A DNA stretch of 64,000 nt from Desulfobacterales bacterium (GCA_963674755.2 CAXXVS010000003.1:2240001-2304000), one strand, 5' to 3'; positions 52,847-61,995 are shown, counted from the stretch's first letter. Numbers and translations: made by a program. The notes: generated from the sequence alone by a model not told the origin.

Positions 52847-53308
52847 ATGGATATGATTGAAATCCAATCGTTTTCCTGCTAAAAACAATCATCCTCGCAA
52901 ACAAGCCGGTTAATCCCACCATACCGCGTCAGCGGTTGGCTTTCGAGCCGCTATAAAATCGGGGCGCCGATGTTCCAAAGCCCCCGTCATCAATACGTCG
53001 GATTCCTGATGGAAAAAGGAATCTATTTCAGCCACCCGCAGTACGGTCGCCCGTTCCTATGTCGGCCGGCAGATTTTCTGTTATGAAGTTATATGATTCA
53101 GCGTATTACTAACGGGATGGTTAGGCGTCTTTTAGTGACATATAACCAACTTCGCCAAAATGCGATGAATAGCAGCATAAGCATCTAAATATATATGTAA
53201 TTATCGCATGGAACTGAGGAAAAATAGTGGATGGTTAGGCGTCAAAAGGTGACGCATTTGCTAAAATCATTAGGACATCTAATCTAGGTTAACTGAGCAA
53301 AATTCGAA

Positions 53309-54433
53309 ATGAAATCTCTGCCAAATCAAAATGACCAACCAACTACCGTGTTTATATTTGGAGCGGGCGCCTCTTATGGTGATGGTGTACCCCTCCAGGC
53401 AAATATCTTACCTCTAATAATTAAGGATGAAGATCCACAGCTTAAATACTCTGAAACGGCCAAAAGGCTTCGTGGCTTCCTTACCGAACACTTCGCTCAT
53501 GGCGAACAAACACCTTCATTGGAGGAAGTCTTTGGTTTCATAGAATTTTTTATAAATAACAATCTTTCTCTTTCAAAACAATGGGGAGTGAAAGAGCTAA
53601 TTGAAATAAAAGGTGATTTTACAAAGACTGTTCATTACCTAATCAGTAAAAACACTAAAAGAAGCGAAACATTCAGAGAGTTTTGGAAAAAGGTTCGCTC
53701 AAATGAGCCTGAAATCGGCGTAATTACGACAAATTATGATACTTTGATTGATGAAGCTTTTGATGCAATTTATCCGGAATGCCTCATTGATTATTGTCTT
53801 GATTTTGTCAATTTTAGGCACCCCAACGCCGGAGTACCTTTTGACTGGTGGATCGATCCAAAAAAACCGACTGAACACTTCGAGTACAGCAGATTAACCA
53901 GAATTAAACTAATCAAGATTCACGGTAGTTTAAATTGGAAGTATTGCTCCTGTTGTGGACAGATAGCACTTACACCATGGCAACATCAATACGATTTAAA
54001 GCTGGACTCGTTCCAATCATTTTTCGACTCTCAAATCACTGAATGCCCTTTTGATGGTGCCAGGTTGATATCTTTGCTACAGATGCCTACCCATCTAAAA
54101 TCAAACAATAATTTCATTTTTAGCAAACTCTACGATGAAGCGTCATATCTTGTAGGAAACGCAAAACAACTTGTATTTGTGGGTTATTCATTTCCAGAGG
54201 CTGATGTTCACATCCGCGCACTTGTGCGGAGGTGCTTTTCAGAGGAAGGAAAAATTATCGTTATAAATAAAAGTAGAGCCAAGGATCTAAGATACCGATA
54301 TGAAGGACTGGCAAGAAATGTAGATTATTATGAATACACCTTTGAACGGTTCGTGAAATCACGGATATTTGATGAACTACTGTCAGCTAACAAAACACTT
54401 CAGGGGACGGCTCGCTTCGCGCGCCGCTCCTGA
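53309..54433 (+). CDS. SIR2-like (sirtuin/NADase family) protein
   Basis: FIFGAGAS, ITTNYD, KIHGSLNW, CSCC..CPFD, FVGYSF; AT-rich. Confidence 0.85.
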   Translation: MKSLPNQNDQPTTVFIFGAGASYGDGVPLQANILPLIIKDEDPQLKYSETAKRLRGFLTEHFAHGEQTPSLEEVFGFIEFFINNNLSLSKQWGVKELIEIKGDFTKTVHYLISKNTKRSETFREFWKKVRSNEPEIGVITTNYDTLIDEAFDAIYPECLIDYCLDFVNFRHPNAGVPFDWWIDPKKPTEHFEYSRLTRIKLIKIHGSLNWKYCSCCGQIALTPWQHQYDLKLDSFQSFFDSQITECPFDGARLISLLQMPTHLKSNNNFIFSKLYDEASYLVGNAKQLVFVGYSFPEADVHIRALVRRCFSEEGKIIVINKSRAKDLRYRYEGLARNVDYYEYTFERFVKSRIFDELLSANKTLQGTARFARRS

Positions 54434-54448
54434 GCGTAGGCGTTGGGC
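54385..54448 (+). other. Integron attC recombination site (64 bp)
   Basis: R'' AGCTAAC, 5-nt spacer, L'' ACTTCAGG, central palindrome, L' CCTGAGC, R' GTTGGGC. GTTAACTGA at 53288 complements TCAGCTAAC at 8/9 positions. Confidence 0.75.
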
Positions 54449-54716
54449 ATTGAAAGATTGCATCTATGAATGAACTCTCTAATATAAGTACCTCTTTACT
54501 CTTTAAAAAAAACCTGAGTGAAATTGATCAGATATTGATGTTTTTTCTGGATGATATCATTCTCTAAACGGTCATTAACGGGAAAAGCTTTCCAACTCCA
54601 GTCGGCACTTGATGCTTTTGTAATCTTTTTCAATGCTCCATTTGCAGTGGTAAGATTTAAAGATATTAAGCGTTCAAAAAAAACAGGAAAATCATTAGCC
54701 AAAACGAGGATTGCAT

Positions 54717-55274
54717 ATGAGTGATTATCTTAGTGAAGACGCATATCATAATACACGCCAAGCTTATAATGATGCTGAACTTGAAGTCAGCGGAAGATAT
54801 GATACATGGATTTTAACTTTATCCGGTGGTGCGCTCGCCATATCAATTACATTTATAGAAAAGATTGCTAAAACCCCAACAGCAGATTCTCTAATCTGGC
54901 TTAAGATTTCATGGGCGAGTTTGGTTGTGTCGCTTTTATTTGCATTGGTTTCGCTAGTCACAAGCCAATCTGCGATAAGAGAAAATAGAAAAGAATTGGA
55001 TAATGCATATTTAGAAAACCGTTCTCCTCGTCTATCTTTTCCAAAATGGTTTACATGGATAACAGAAAGCTTGAATTGGTTTTCGTTATTGTCTTTTATA
55101 TTAGGTGTAGTTTTTTTATGTGTGTTTTCCTTCTCAAATATAGATCATAGTGTATCAAATAGAGGAACGAAAAATGAGCAAAAATCAACAAGATCCAAAA
55201 TCCAAGAGACTTCAACGGGTAAAAATAGAGGGAAAAAACATTCCACAGAAGTCATCGTCAACCCCAAAAAATAA
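54717..55274 (+). CDS. Hypothetical membrane protein (about 3 TM, basic tail)
   Basis: GAGG RBS; hydrophobic segments WILTLSGGALAISITFI, WASLVVSLLFALVSLV, WFSLLSFILGVVFLCVF. Confidence 0.72.
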   Translation: MSDYLSEDAYHNTRQAYNDAELEVSGRYDTWILTLSGGALAISITFIEKIAKTPTADSLIWLKISWASLVVSLLFALVSLVTSQSAIRENRKELDNAYLENRSPRLSFPKWFTWITESLNWFSLLSFILGVVFLCVFSFSNIDHSVSNRGTKNEQKSTRSKIQETSTGKNRGKKHSTEVIVNPKK

Positions 55275-55323
55275 GCGTGGATTTGTTCCACCACCACCAC
55301 CGCCAAAGAAAAAACAGAAATAG
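55174..55323 (+). CDS. 49-aa basic micropeptide with a Pro6 run
   Basis: GAGGA RBS then ATG; MSKNQQDPKSKRLQRVKIEGKNIPQKSSSTPKNKRGFVPPPPPPKKKQK; below the ORF-track length cutoff. Confidence 0.45.
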   Translation: MSKNQQDPKSKRLQRVKIEGKNIPQKSSSTPKNKRGFVPPPPPPKKKQK

Positions 55324-55392
55324 ATTTGGTGTGGGTACATAAACAAAGTGTTTGAATGCAGGTGAATTAATAGAAGAATAGGATTCGCTATA

Positions 55393-56481
55393 ATGCAAAT
55401 GAAACAAATACTTGTAGTGTTTGCAAATCCGGAAGGAACAGACCCATTGAGACTGGGTAATGAGAATAAGGCTATACTTGATAGCGTAAAATTATCAAAA
55501 AATCGAGACAACCTTTCGATTGACTTCAGGCACGCAGCTACGACACATGATGTCAGGAGGTCTTTACTTGAGGAGAATTATAATATTATTCATTTTTCTG
55601 GGCATGGTACAGGTAAGGGCCTTGCATTTGAAAATGAATTAGGAGAAATACAGATTGTACCTCAGGCAGCTCTTGCTGAGCTCCTTGCAGCTTATAGCCC
55701 GCCCCTAGAATGTGCGCTCCTTAATGCTTGCTACACACAGGAACAGGGAAACCTTTTTTCTTTGCGTATCCCATACACTATTGCCATGAGTGGCCCAATA
55801 TCGGATCCATCGGCTATTGAATTTACGCGAGGCTTCTATGATGCAATTGGCGCAGGGAAAGATATTGAATTTGCTTATAACGAAGGATGTAGAGCAGTTG
55901 ATTTGGCCGGACTAAAGGATGACCTGGATCCGGTCTTTATAACCTCAATTCAAGAAGAAATGAAAGTATTTTTTCATAGTTGCCTGCCACAAGCAGAGCG
56001 GCAATCCGATACGAGCCTGCCGTCTTGGCTTCAAGGAGATTGTTTGAGGGTATTTGAGAGCAGCATTCATAGAGCTAGATTCAGTGAACTTGGACTGCTA
56101 ACCACACGTCATATATTGTTGGCGTTGTTGGAACTTGAGAATGGCATTTCGAAAACAGCCATAAAATACATTGGCGGAGATGTTGGGATTATAGCCAAGG
56201 AGATTTCAAATAATATTGATAATGATACAGAGTCGAACCAAAGGGTTAGAGCCACAAAATCAGTTAGGGAATTAATAGAGACATTGAATATTAATTCTAC
56301 CGCTAAAGGGTCTAATTATTTAGATGATGGCATAATTTTTCAAGTCGCATTGGAGCAGGACGCAGACTCCGTTACTATTGTGGAATTATTAAATGACCTC
56401 AAATGCGAGAAGGAAAAGCTATTACAATCTATTGCACAAGTCAGAAAAGCCCAAGATTCTACTCCAAGTAGAAAAATTTAG
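55393..56481 (+). CDS. CHAT (caspase-like) protease domain fused to a ClpN-like helical domain
   Basis: FANP..LRL..E, IIHFSGHG, LLNACY, FTRGFYDAI; C-terminal RARF..TTRHILLALL resembles Clp repeats. Confidence 0.8.
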   Translation: MQMKQILVVFANPEGTDPLRLGNENKAILDSVKLSKNRDNLSIDFRHAATTHDVRRSLLEENYNIIHFSGHGTGKGLAFENELGEIQIVPQAALAELLAAYSPPLECALLNACYTQEQGNLFSLRIPYTIAMSGPISDPSAIEFTRGFYDAIGAGKDIEFAYNEGCRAVDLAGLKDDLDPVFITSIQEEMKVFFHSCLPQAERQSDTSLPSWLQGDCLRVFESSIHRARFSELGLLTTRHILLALLELENGISKTAIKYIGGDVGIIAKEISNNIDNDTESNQRVRATKSVRELIETLNINSTAKGSNYLDDGIIFQVALEQDADSVTIVELLNDLKCEKEKLLQSIAQVRKAQDSTPSRKI

Positions 56482-56490
56482 GTGAAAAAG

Positions 56491-58329
56491 ATGAATAATT
56501 TTGAAACACCACCAAGGAGTACCACCAAAATCAAACCAAGGACGAAGATGTTTAGGTGGTGGAAGGAAGCCGAACTGATTTCGAACAGGTGGTTTATTCA
56601 CAGAGCAATTCCGCCCAGTCAAATGGGGATTATTTATTTCTGCTTTGACATTAAACTTGGCCAACCTATGGTAGTCAAGTCATTACCTTTCGAATCTTTG
56701 TCGGATATGAAAGCGCAAGAACGATTTGTTAATGAATGTAAAACCTGGGTGGATTTAGGAAACGATCCGAATATTGTAAAAGCGTATTTTGTTGAATTAG
56801 TGAATGGGTATCCATATGTTTTCGTAGAATGGATAGATGGCAAAGACATTTATAATGCCGGACTGGATGCATGGATAGGGACGCATAGCCTGTCTATCGA
56901 TCGCTCATTAGATATTGCCGCCCAGATATGTGATGGTATGAGTTATGCCGCAAAAATATTTAAGAAAAAGGAACAAGTATTCATACATCGGGATATCAAA
57001 CCCTCTAATATATTGATTACGGCTGATTGGAGGGCTAAAGTTACTGATTTTGGCATCGCAAAGATGAGGTTGAATGAGTATCTTGTAAAGTCTAAAGGGG
57101 TGAAAGAATCTTCCCTGGAGTATAGTGATTTCCTTGGAACTCCTCAATATATGTCGCCAGAACATTTCGATGATCCTACTTCCGTAGATTGTCGCAGTGA
57201 TATTTATTCTTTTGGTTGCACTCTCTTTGAAATGATAACCGGACAACATGTGTTTAAATCTGATTCTTGGGAGGCATGGCGAGAAGCTCATGTGAACCAA
57301 TCAGCACCCAGACTCAAAGAAATTTGCCCAGAAATACCACAACATATTGATGAATTGATCAAAAGCTGCCTATGCAAAAATCCAGGAGATCGGCCACAAA
57401 GTTTTGAAGAATTAAAAGAGCGGCTGTTTACTAACGTTTTGAATTCAATGAAGAAGCTGGATAAAACCAGCTCGTTTTTGGATTTAATGAATAAAGGCAC
57501 GTCGCTTGACTCTTTGGGAAAATTTAACGATGCAATTCCATACTTTGATAAAGCTGAGGGAGCTCTAAGTGCGATTGATGAAGGACTCGACAAAACTATC
57601 TCTGAGTTTATGCTTGCCTGTAACCGGGCGATTACCCTTGAACATATAGGAGATTTTATTGAATCAATCGCTCAGTGGGACAAAGCATCGGAGTTGGCTG
57701 AAAAAATACCATCTGGTTATAGGAGTATGGTCTCCAGCCTTCCACTTAATAAAGCTTCAGCACTGTTGGGTAAAGTTTTGACCATTGCAACTAAAGGTGA
57801 CATTAACCAAGCGATCGAACTTTGCAGAAGTGTTTTGGATGAACAGCCTAATAATGCGATTGCAGTTTCACGAATGGGATACTTATTAGTGCGTAATGAA
57901 CAATATCATGAAGCTATACCTTGGTGTGAGCGTGCTATTAAGGTTAATGCTCACGATCCTGACTCCTTTGCAAATCTTGGGGCAGCTCTTCACGAAGTTG
58001 GCGAAATTGAACGAGCCCATAAAGTTCTTCAAAAAGCTCTTGACTTGGCTCCAACACATTCAAAAGCCTTATATAGCATGGGAACTTTACTGCTCCAGAA
58101 TGGCTCAACTGAGCAATCTATTCAGTATTTGCGGAAAAGCGTCAAGATAAATCCTCAGTTTAGTGAAGCGTGGAACCATCTCGGGATAGCCTTGCATAAC
58201 TCCAATGACCCAGATTGTAGAACTTGCTTTGAACAGGCTTTACGCGTAGATCAAAATAACCAAATGGCATTGCGCAATTTGACAGGTATAATTCAACAAG
58301 AGGAAAATTCCAGTCCAAGGGGTATTTAG
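56491..58329 (+). CDS. Hanks-type Ser/Thr protein kinase with C-terminal TPRs
   Basis: VVK, HRDIKPSN, DFG, GTPQYMSPE, SDIYSFG; TPR consensus repeats. AGGTGA RBS before ATG 56491 (GTG 56482 possible). Confidence 0.9.
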   Translation: MNNFETPPRSTTKIKPRTKMFRWWKEAELISNRWFIHRAIPPSQMGIIYFCFDIKLGQPMVVKSLPFESLSDMKAQERFVNECKTWVDLGNDPNIVKAYFVELVNGYPYVFVEWIDGKDIYNAGLDAWIGTHSLSIDRSLDIAAQICDGMSYAAKIFKKKEQVFIHRDIKPSNILITADWRAKVTDFGIAKMRLNEYLVKSKGVKESSLEYSDFLGTPQYMSPEHFDDPTSVDCRSDIYSFGCTLFEMITGQHVFKSDSWEAWREAHVNQSAPRLKEICPEIPQHIDELIKSCLCKNPGDRPQSFEELKERLFTNVLNSMKKLDKTSSFLDLMNKGTSLDSLGKFNDAIPYFDKAEGALSAIDEGLDKTISEFMLACNRAITLEHIGDFIESIAQWDKASELAEKIPSGYRSMVSSLPLNKASALLGKVLTIATKGDINQAIELCRSVLDEQPNNAIAVSRMGYLLVRNEQYHEAIPWCERAIKVNAHDPDSFANLGAALHEVGEIERAHKVLQKALDLAPTHSKALYSMGTLLLQNGSTEQSIQYLRKSVKINPQFSEAWNHLGIALHNSNDPDCRTCFEQALRVDQNNQMALRNLTGIIQQEENSSPRGI

Positions 58330-58464
58330 GGGACATTCTATATTCCCCTTGTCAACAAAATAATTAAAATAGAATAATCAAATAGTTACAATTGTTGTCA
58401 GAGACAAGAAACACTTCTCCTGTCGGTTTTGTAGATCGGCGAGTATCTCTCCAGTCGGCGAACT

Positions 58465-58635
58465 CATGGCCTGATCGTTACAGTTATCCGGTGTCCAGCC
58501 GGAAACGGCGGCACCCATCATTCCTTATCCAGGCTTGGAGTTCAGAGAGAGGCCCGGGTATTGTCCCTCCAGAGGTTATGACCTCAACGTTGTTGAAAGG
58601 GCTCTCTCGCCGAACAAACAGCTTTGTTTGTAATT
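58465..58635 (-). ncRNA. Predicted IS110 bridge RNA (seekRNA): 5' stem-loop, target-binding loop, donor-binding loop
   Basis: Two stem/internal-loop/hairpin modules. Loop strands UCAACAACGU and AGGGAC match the target; GGAAUG and AUAAC match the circle junction. Ends approximate. Confidence 0.78.
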
Positions 58636-58647
58636 TGCTACAGCGCC

Positions 58648-59297
58648 TTAACTGGTCAGCAAAGCGGGATCATAATCTGTATCGTCGCGCATCATACACC
58701 AAGCAATGACCAGCATTTTGACGGCCAATTTAACCCGCATCTTGGTCCGGATGCCGCGCTCACGTTCCCGGCCTTGAAGATAACGGGTGAACAAAGCGCG
58801 GAAGCCATCGTTGTGATACGAGGCGATCTGCGCTGCTTGATAAAGAGCGTAACGCAGGTCGCTGTTACCACGTTTGGAGATCACCGGTACGGCTGTATCA
58901 CTGGTCTTGCCGCTGCGTTTAGCATTCAAATCATAACCGGCCAAACGGATGAGCTGCTTTCGTCCGGCAAAGCGGTGCGGATCCCCGATGCGGGCGATCA
59001 CCTGGGAGGCGATGTAGGGGCCAAAACCCGGGATCGTTAGCAGTCGCCGATAGGATGAGAAGCGCTGACAGATTCGTTCAATGCGCTTTTCCGTGCGCTC
59101 AATTCGTTCGCGCAAATCATACAGGCGATCCACCAGCAGCCGGGCTTCAAAGCGGACCGCGGCATCCGTGGGGCAGCCGATGGAGACCGCCGCGGCATCG
59201 TAGATGCGCTGCAAACGCTTGACTTGACGCAGTCCCCGGTCGCGATCGGTCACCCGGCGGAGGAACTCGTTAAAGGGCATGGCGCTGATCGTGCGCG
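58648..59297 (-). pseudogene. IS110 recombinase, C-terminal part (Tnp20 domain)
   Basis: LLTIPGFGPYIA, LAGYDL..RSGK (catalytic Ser), ISKRGN; in frame with 62001..62634 once IS21 and one GATCC are removed. Confidence 0.88.
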
Positions 59298-59393
59298 GAT
59301 CCTGTCAATGATCACCCTAATGAGGCCACCTATGATCGCCTTAATGGGGCCATTTCAAACCGACCAAAAAGCGGTTTTCGGACCGGCTTCAAA

Positions 59394-60197
59394 CTATTGT
59401 TTTTCACCCCCTTTCGAACCGCCGTTTTTGGGCGTTTTTTGACATGTGTTTTTAGCTGATTTGGAGACCGGTCGCGGGGAGCGATAGCTCTTGCCCTCCA
59501 GCACGACGGTGTAGGCACCGTGGCGCAGCCGGTCGACGGTGGCTTCCCCCAAAATCCGGTTTGGAAAGGCGTCGGTCCATTCCGGGATGTCCAGGTTCGA
59601 GGTCACGATGGTGCTTTTGCGCTCGTAGCGCTCTGAGATGACATCGTGGAAGTCCTCGTCCTGAGCGGGTTTGAGGGGTTTAAGGCCGAAGTCGTCAATG
59701 ATCAGGAGATCGACGCCGGCGATCTTTGCAAAATGCCGATCGTAGCCGTTGGTTGCCCGGGCGGCGTTTAGCTGGGAGAGCATCTTGGATGCGGAAGTAA
59801 AGAGCACGCTGTGCCCGTTTCGAATGGCGCTGTGGCCGAGGGCCTGCGCCAGATGGCTTTTTCCCGTTCCGCACGGGCCGATGATGAACACACAGACCCG
59901 CTCGGCCATGAACCGGCACGAGGCCAGCTCCATGACCAGGGCGCGATTGATGTTGGGATTGTAGGCGAAGTCAAACTCTTCCAGGGTTTTCTGGTTACGG
60001 AAGTTGGCCCGCCGCAGGGCGGAGGCTAATTTCTTCTGGTTGCGACGGGCGATTTCGTCGGTGATGATGGTGGCCAGAAAGTCCATGTAGGACATCTTGT
60101 TTTCGATGGCCTGCCGGTTGCGCGACTCGATGGAGTCCAGGATTCCCGACAGGCGAAGCTGCTTTAGCATGGGCGTCAGATCGGGTATCGGATTCAT
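59394..60197 (-). CDS. istB: IS21 helper ATPase IstB
   Basis: GPCGTGKSHLA, LLIIDDFG, TSN, DRLRH, GKSYR; ATGA overlap with istA. Confidence 0.93.
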   Translation of the reverse strand: MNPIPDLTPMLKQLRLSGILDSIESRNRQAIENKMSYMDFLATIITDEIARRNQKKLASALRRANFRNQKTLEEFDFAYNPNINRALVMELASCRFMAERVCVFIIGPCGTGKSHLAQALGHSAIRNGHSVLFTSASKMLSQLNAARATNGYDRHFAKIAGVDLLIIDDFGLKPLKPAQDEDFHDVISERYERKSTIVTSNLDIPEWTDAFPNRILGEATVDRLRHGAYTVVLEGKSYRSPRPVSKSAKNTCQKTPKNGGSKGGEKQ

Positions 60198-61744
60198 GAC
60201 GGCCTCCTTTCCCGGTACACCTGGTGGCGAAGAAAACGGCCGTTGCCGGTGTACGCCGCAGCTAGCGGGATCACGTTGGGCTGCTCGTAGAGCGGCGCCT
60301 GGTCAAGGCCCTGATGCAGGATGCTTTTTACCGTACGGTATTTGACGTTGTCGAAGTGAAGCGCCCGGCGGCAGGCGGCTTCCAGGCGGGCCGTGCCGTA
60401 CTTTTTGCTCAAGCCGATTACGCCCTGGGCCGCGCGCAGATTGTCGAGCACTTTGTGGGCAAACAGCCGGCGGACGAGCCGATGACAATCCGGGCCGACG
60501 GCTTCGGCCTGCTTCAGACACCACTGTGGGTCCTGCATCTTGTAGGCCAGGGCTTCCGGCGGCATGTGGCCGTCGACCGTCGAGCGCTGGCCGGCGCGCT
60601 TGAGCCGCGGGTGGGTGGCCACGAGCTTCACGTCCTGGTAGAGTTTTACGGTCGTGTCGGTGGCTTTTAGCATCAGCTCCTGGTGCACCAAGCGGAAGGG
60701 CGCCGAGTAGTAGGCCTTTTCAAACTGCACATGGCAATTGCCGTGCACCTTGACCCGGGTCCAGACGGCGAGTTCCACGGGAACATCTGGCAGCGGCTTT
60801 AAAAAGTGTTTTTCGGTCTCCGCAAACATCTCCAGCGGCCTTCGGTGGGTTGTGCCGTGGATGCGGTTGCCGGCCCTTTCCAGCAGCCAGCGGACAAGCT
60901 GCTCGTTGGCGTCGGCCAGGGTTCGGAAGGTACGAAGCGGCACGAAGTTGTTTTTGACATATTTGACACCGGACTCGACCCGGCCCTTTTTCTGCGGGTC
61001 CCGGACGGGACACGGCGAAATGAGAAAGCCGTATCCTTCGGCCAGCTCGCCGTAGGAGCGCTGAACGTCCGGATCGGTGTAGCAGGCCCGGGTGATGGCG
61101 CACTTGGGATTGTCGATGATCATTTTGGCCGCCACGCCATTGAAAAACGCGAATGCGCGCCGATGGCAGGCCAGCCAGGTTGCAACTTTCTGGTCGGTGA
61201 CGATCTCGGCATACATGTGGCGGCTGAAGCACAGCGTCATCACAAAGATCCAGGTCTTGATCACCGCGCCGGTAAACACGTCCTTGATCGTGGGCCCTTT
61301 GCCGAAGTCAACCTGGGCTGCTTCGCCTGGGGCAAAGTCCAGAACGCAAGAGGCTTTGGGGCTCGCGTGGCGCAGCTTTCTTACCTGGCGCCGGACAGAG
61401 GAATAACTGCCGGAAAATCCGAACTGCCCGACCAAGGCCTCATAGATCGTCGTGGCTTGAATGCCCTCTGCGACCCATTGCTTGATCTGATCCGCATGCG
61501 GCTGGGTCAACGGGGCTTGGTTTTGGCCGGGGGATCTTTTAACCTCGAAGATCTTGGCGAGTTGTTCGTCGTCGGGCAGCGGGCCGCTATTGAGCCAGCC
61601 CTTTTGCCCAGCGACCTCCCGCACGGCGGCGCATTTGGTCCGTCCGATCAGTTGGCTTTTCGCGATGGCGCGGTCGCTTTGTCCAAGGCGCATACGGTGG
61701 ATGACTTGTCGGTACTGATGCATCTCGATTCTCCTGTTGGCCAT
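60194..61744 (-). CDS. istA: IS21 transposase IstA
   Basis: N-terminal HTH, PGEAAQVDFG, IIDNPK, KGRVE DDE motifs; GGGAGG RBS before ATG 61744. Confidence 0.93.
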   Translation of the reverse strand: MANRRIEMHQYRQVIHRMRLGQSDRAIAKSQLIGRTKCAAVREVAGQKGWLNSGPLPDDEQLAKIFEVKRSPGQNQAPLTQPHADQIKQWVAEGIQATTIYEALVGQFGFSGSYSSVRRQVRKLRHASPKASCVLDFAPGEAAQVDFGKGPTIKDVFTGAVIKTWIFVMTLCFSRHMYAEIVTDQKVATWLACHRRAFAFFNGVAAKMIIDNPKCAITRACYTDPDVQRSYGELAEGYGFLISPCPVRDPQKKGRVESGVKYVKNNFVPLRTFRTLADANEQLVRWLLERAGNRIHGTTHRRPLEMFAETEKHFLKPLPDVPVELAVWTRVKVHGNCHVQFEKAYYSAPFRLVHQELMLKATDTTVKLYQDVKLVATHPRLKRAGQRSTVDGHMPPEALAYKMQDPQWCLKQAEAVGPDCHRLVRRLFAHKVLDNLRAAQGVIGLSKKYGTARLEAACRRALHFDNVKYRTVKSILHQGLDQAPLYEQPNVIPLAAAYTGNGRFLRHQVYRERRPS

Positions 61745-61848
61745 GGCATTCCTCCCGGCGGCTGGTGGTTTGCCGGAAAGACTTACCAGATTGTGGATGT
61801 AAGGTCCGAGATGCTTTTTGGTTTTATACGCGTTTTTCCCTGCGGCAG

Positions 61849-61995
61849 GTGGCCTCATTACGGTGATCACCAACTGGCCTCATTAGGGTGATCATCAAGT
61901 GGCTCCATTAGGGTGCTCACAAAGTGGCCTCATTAGGGTGATCACAGGGTGGCCCCATTAGGGTGCTCATGGAATGGCTCTATAGCAGTGACCAT
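61849..61995. repeat. Six tandem 25-bp IS21 end repeats
   Basis: Consensus TGGCCYCATTAGGGTGATCA starting at 61850, 61875, 61900, 61925, 61950, 61975; two inverted copies at the other end (about 59309..59354). Confidence 0.85.

Noticed and set aside
54449..54710. Second intact integron cassette after the attC
   Set aside because: Only a ~33-codon ORF, and no matching GCCCAAC-type attC downstream; at best decayed.
61849..61995. CRISPR-like array
   Set aside because: 25-bp period with no real spacers and no cas genes; inverted copies at the other IS21 end identify these as transposase-binding repeats.
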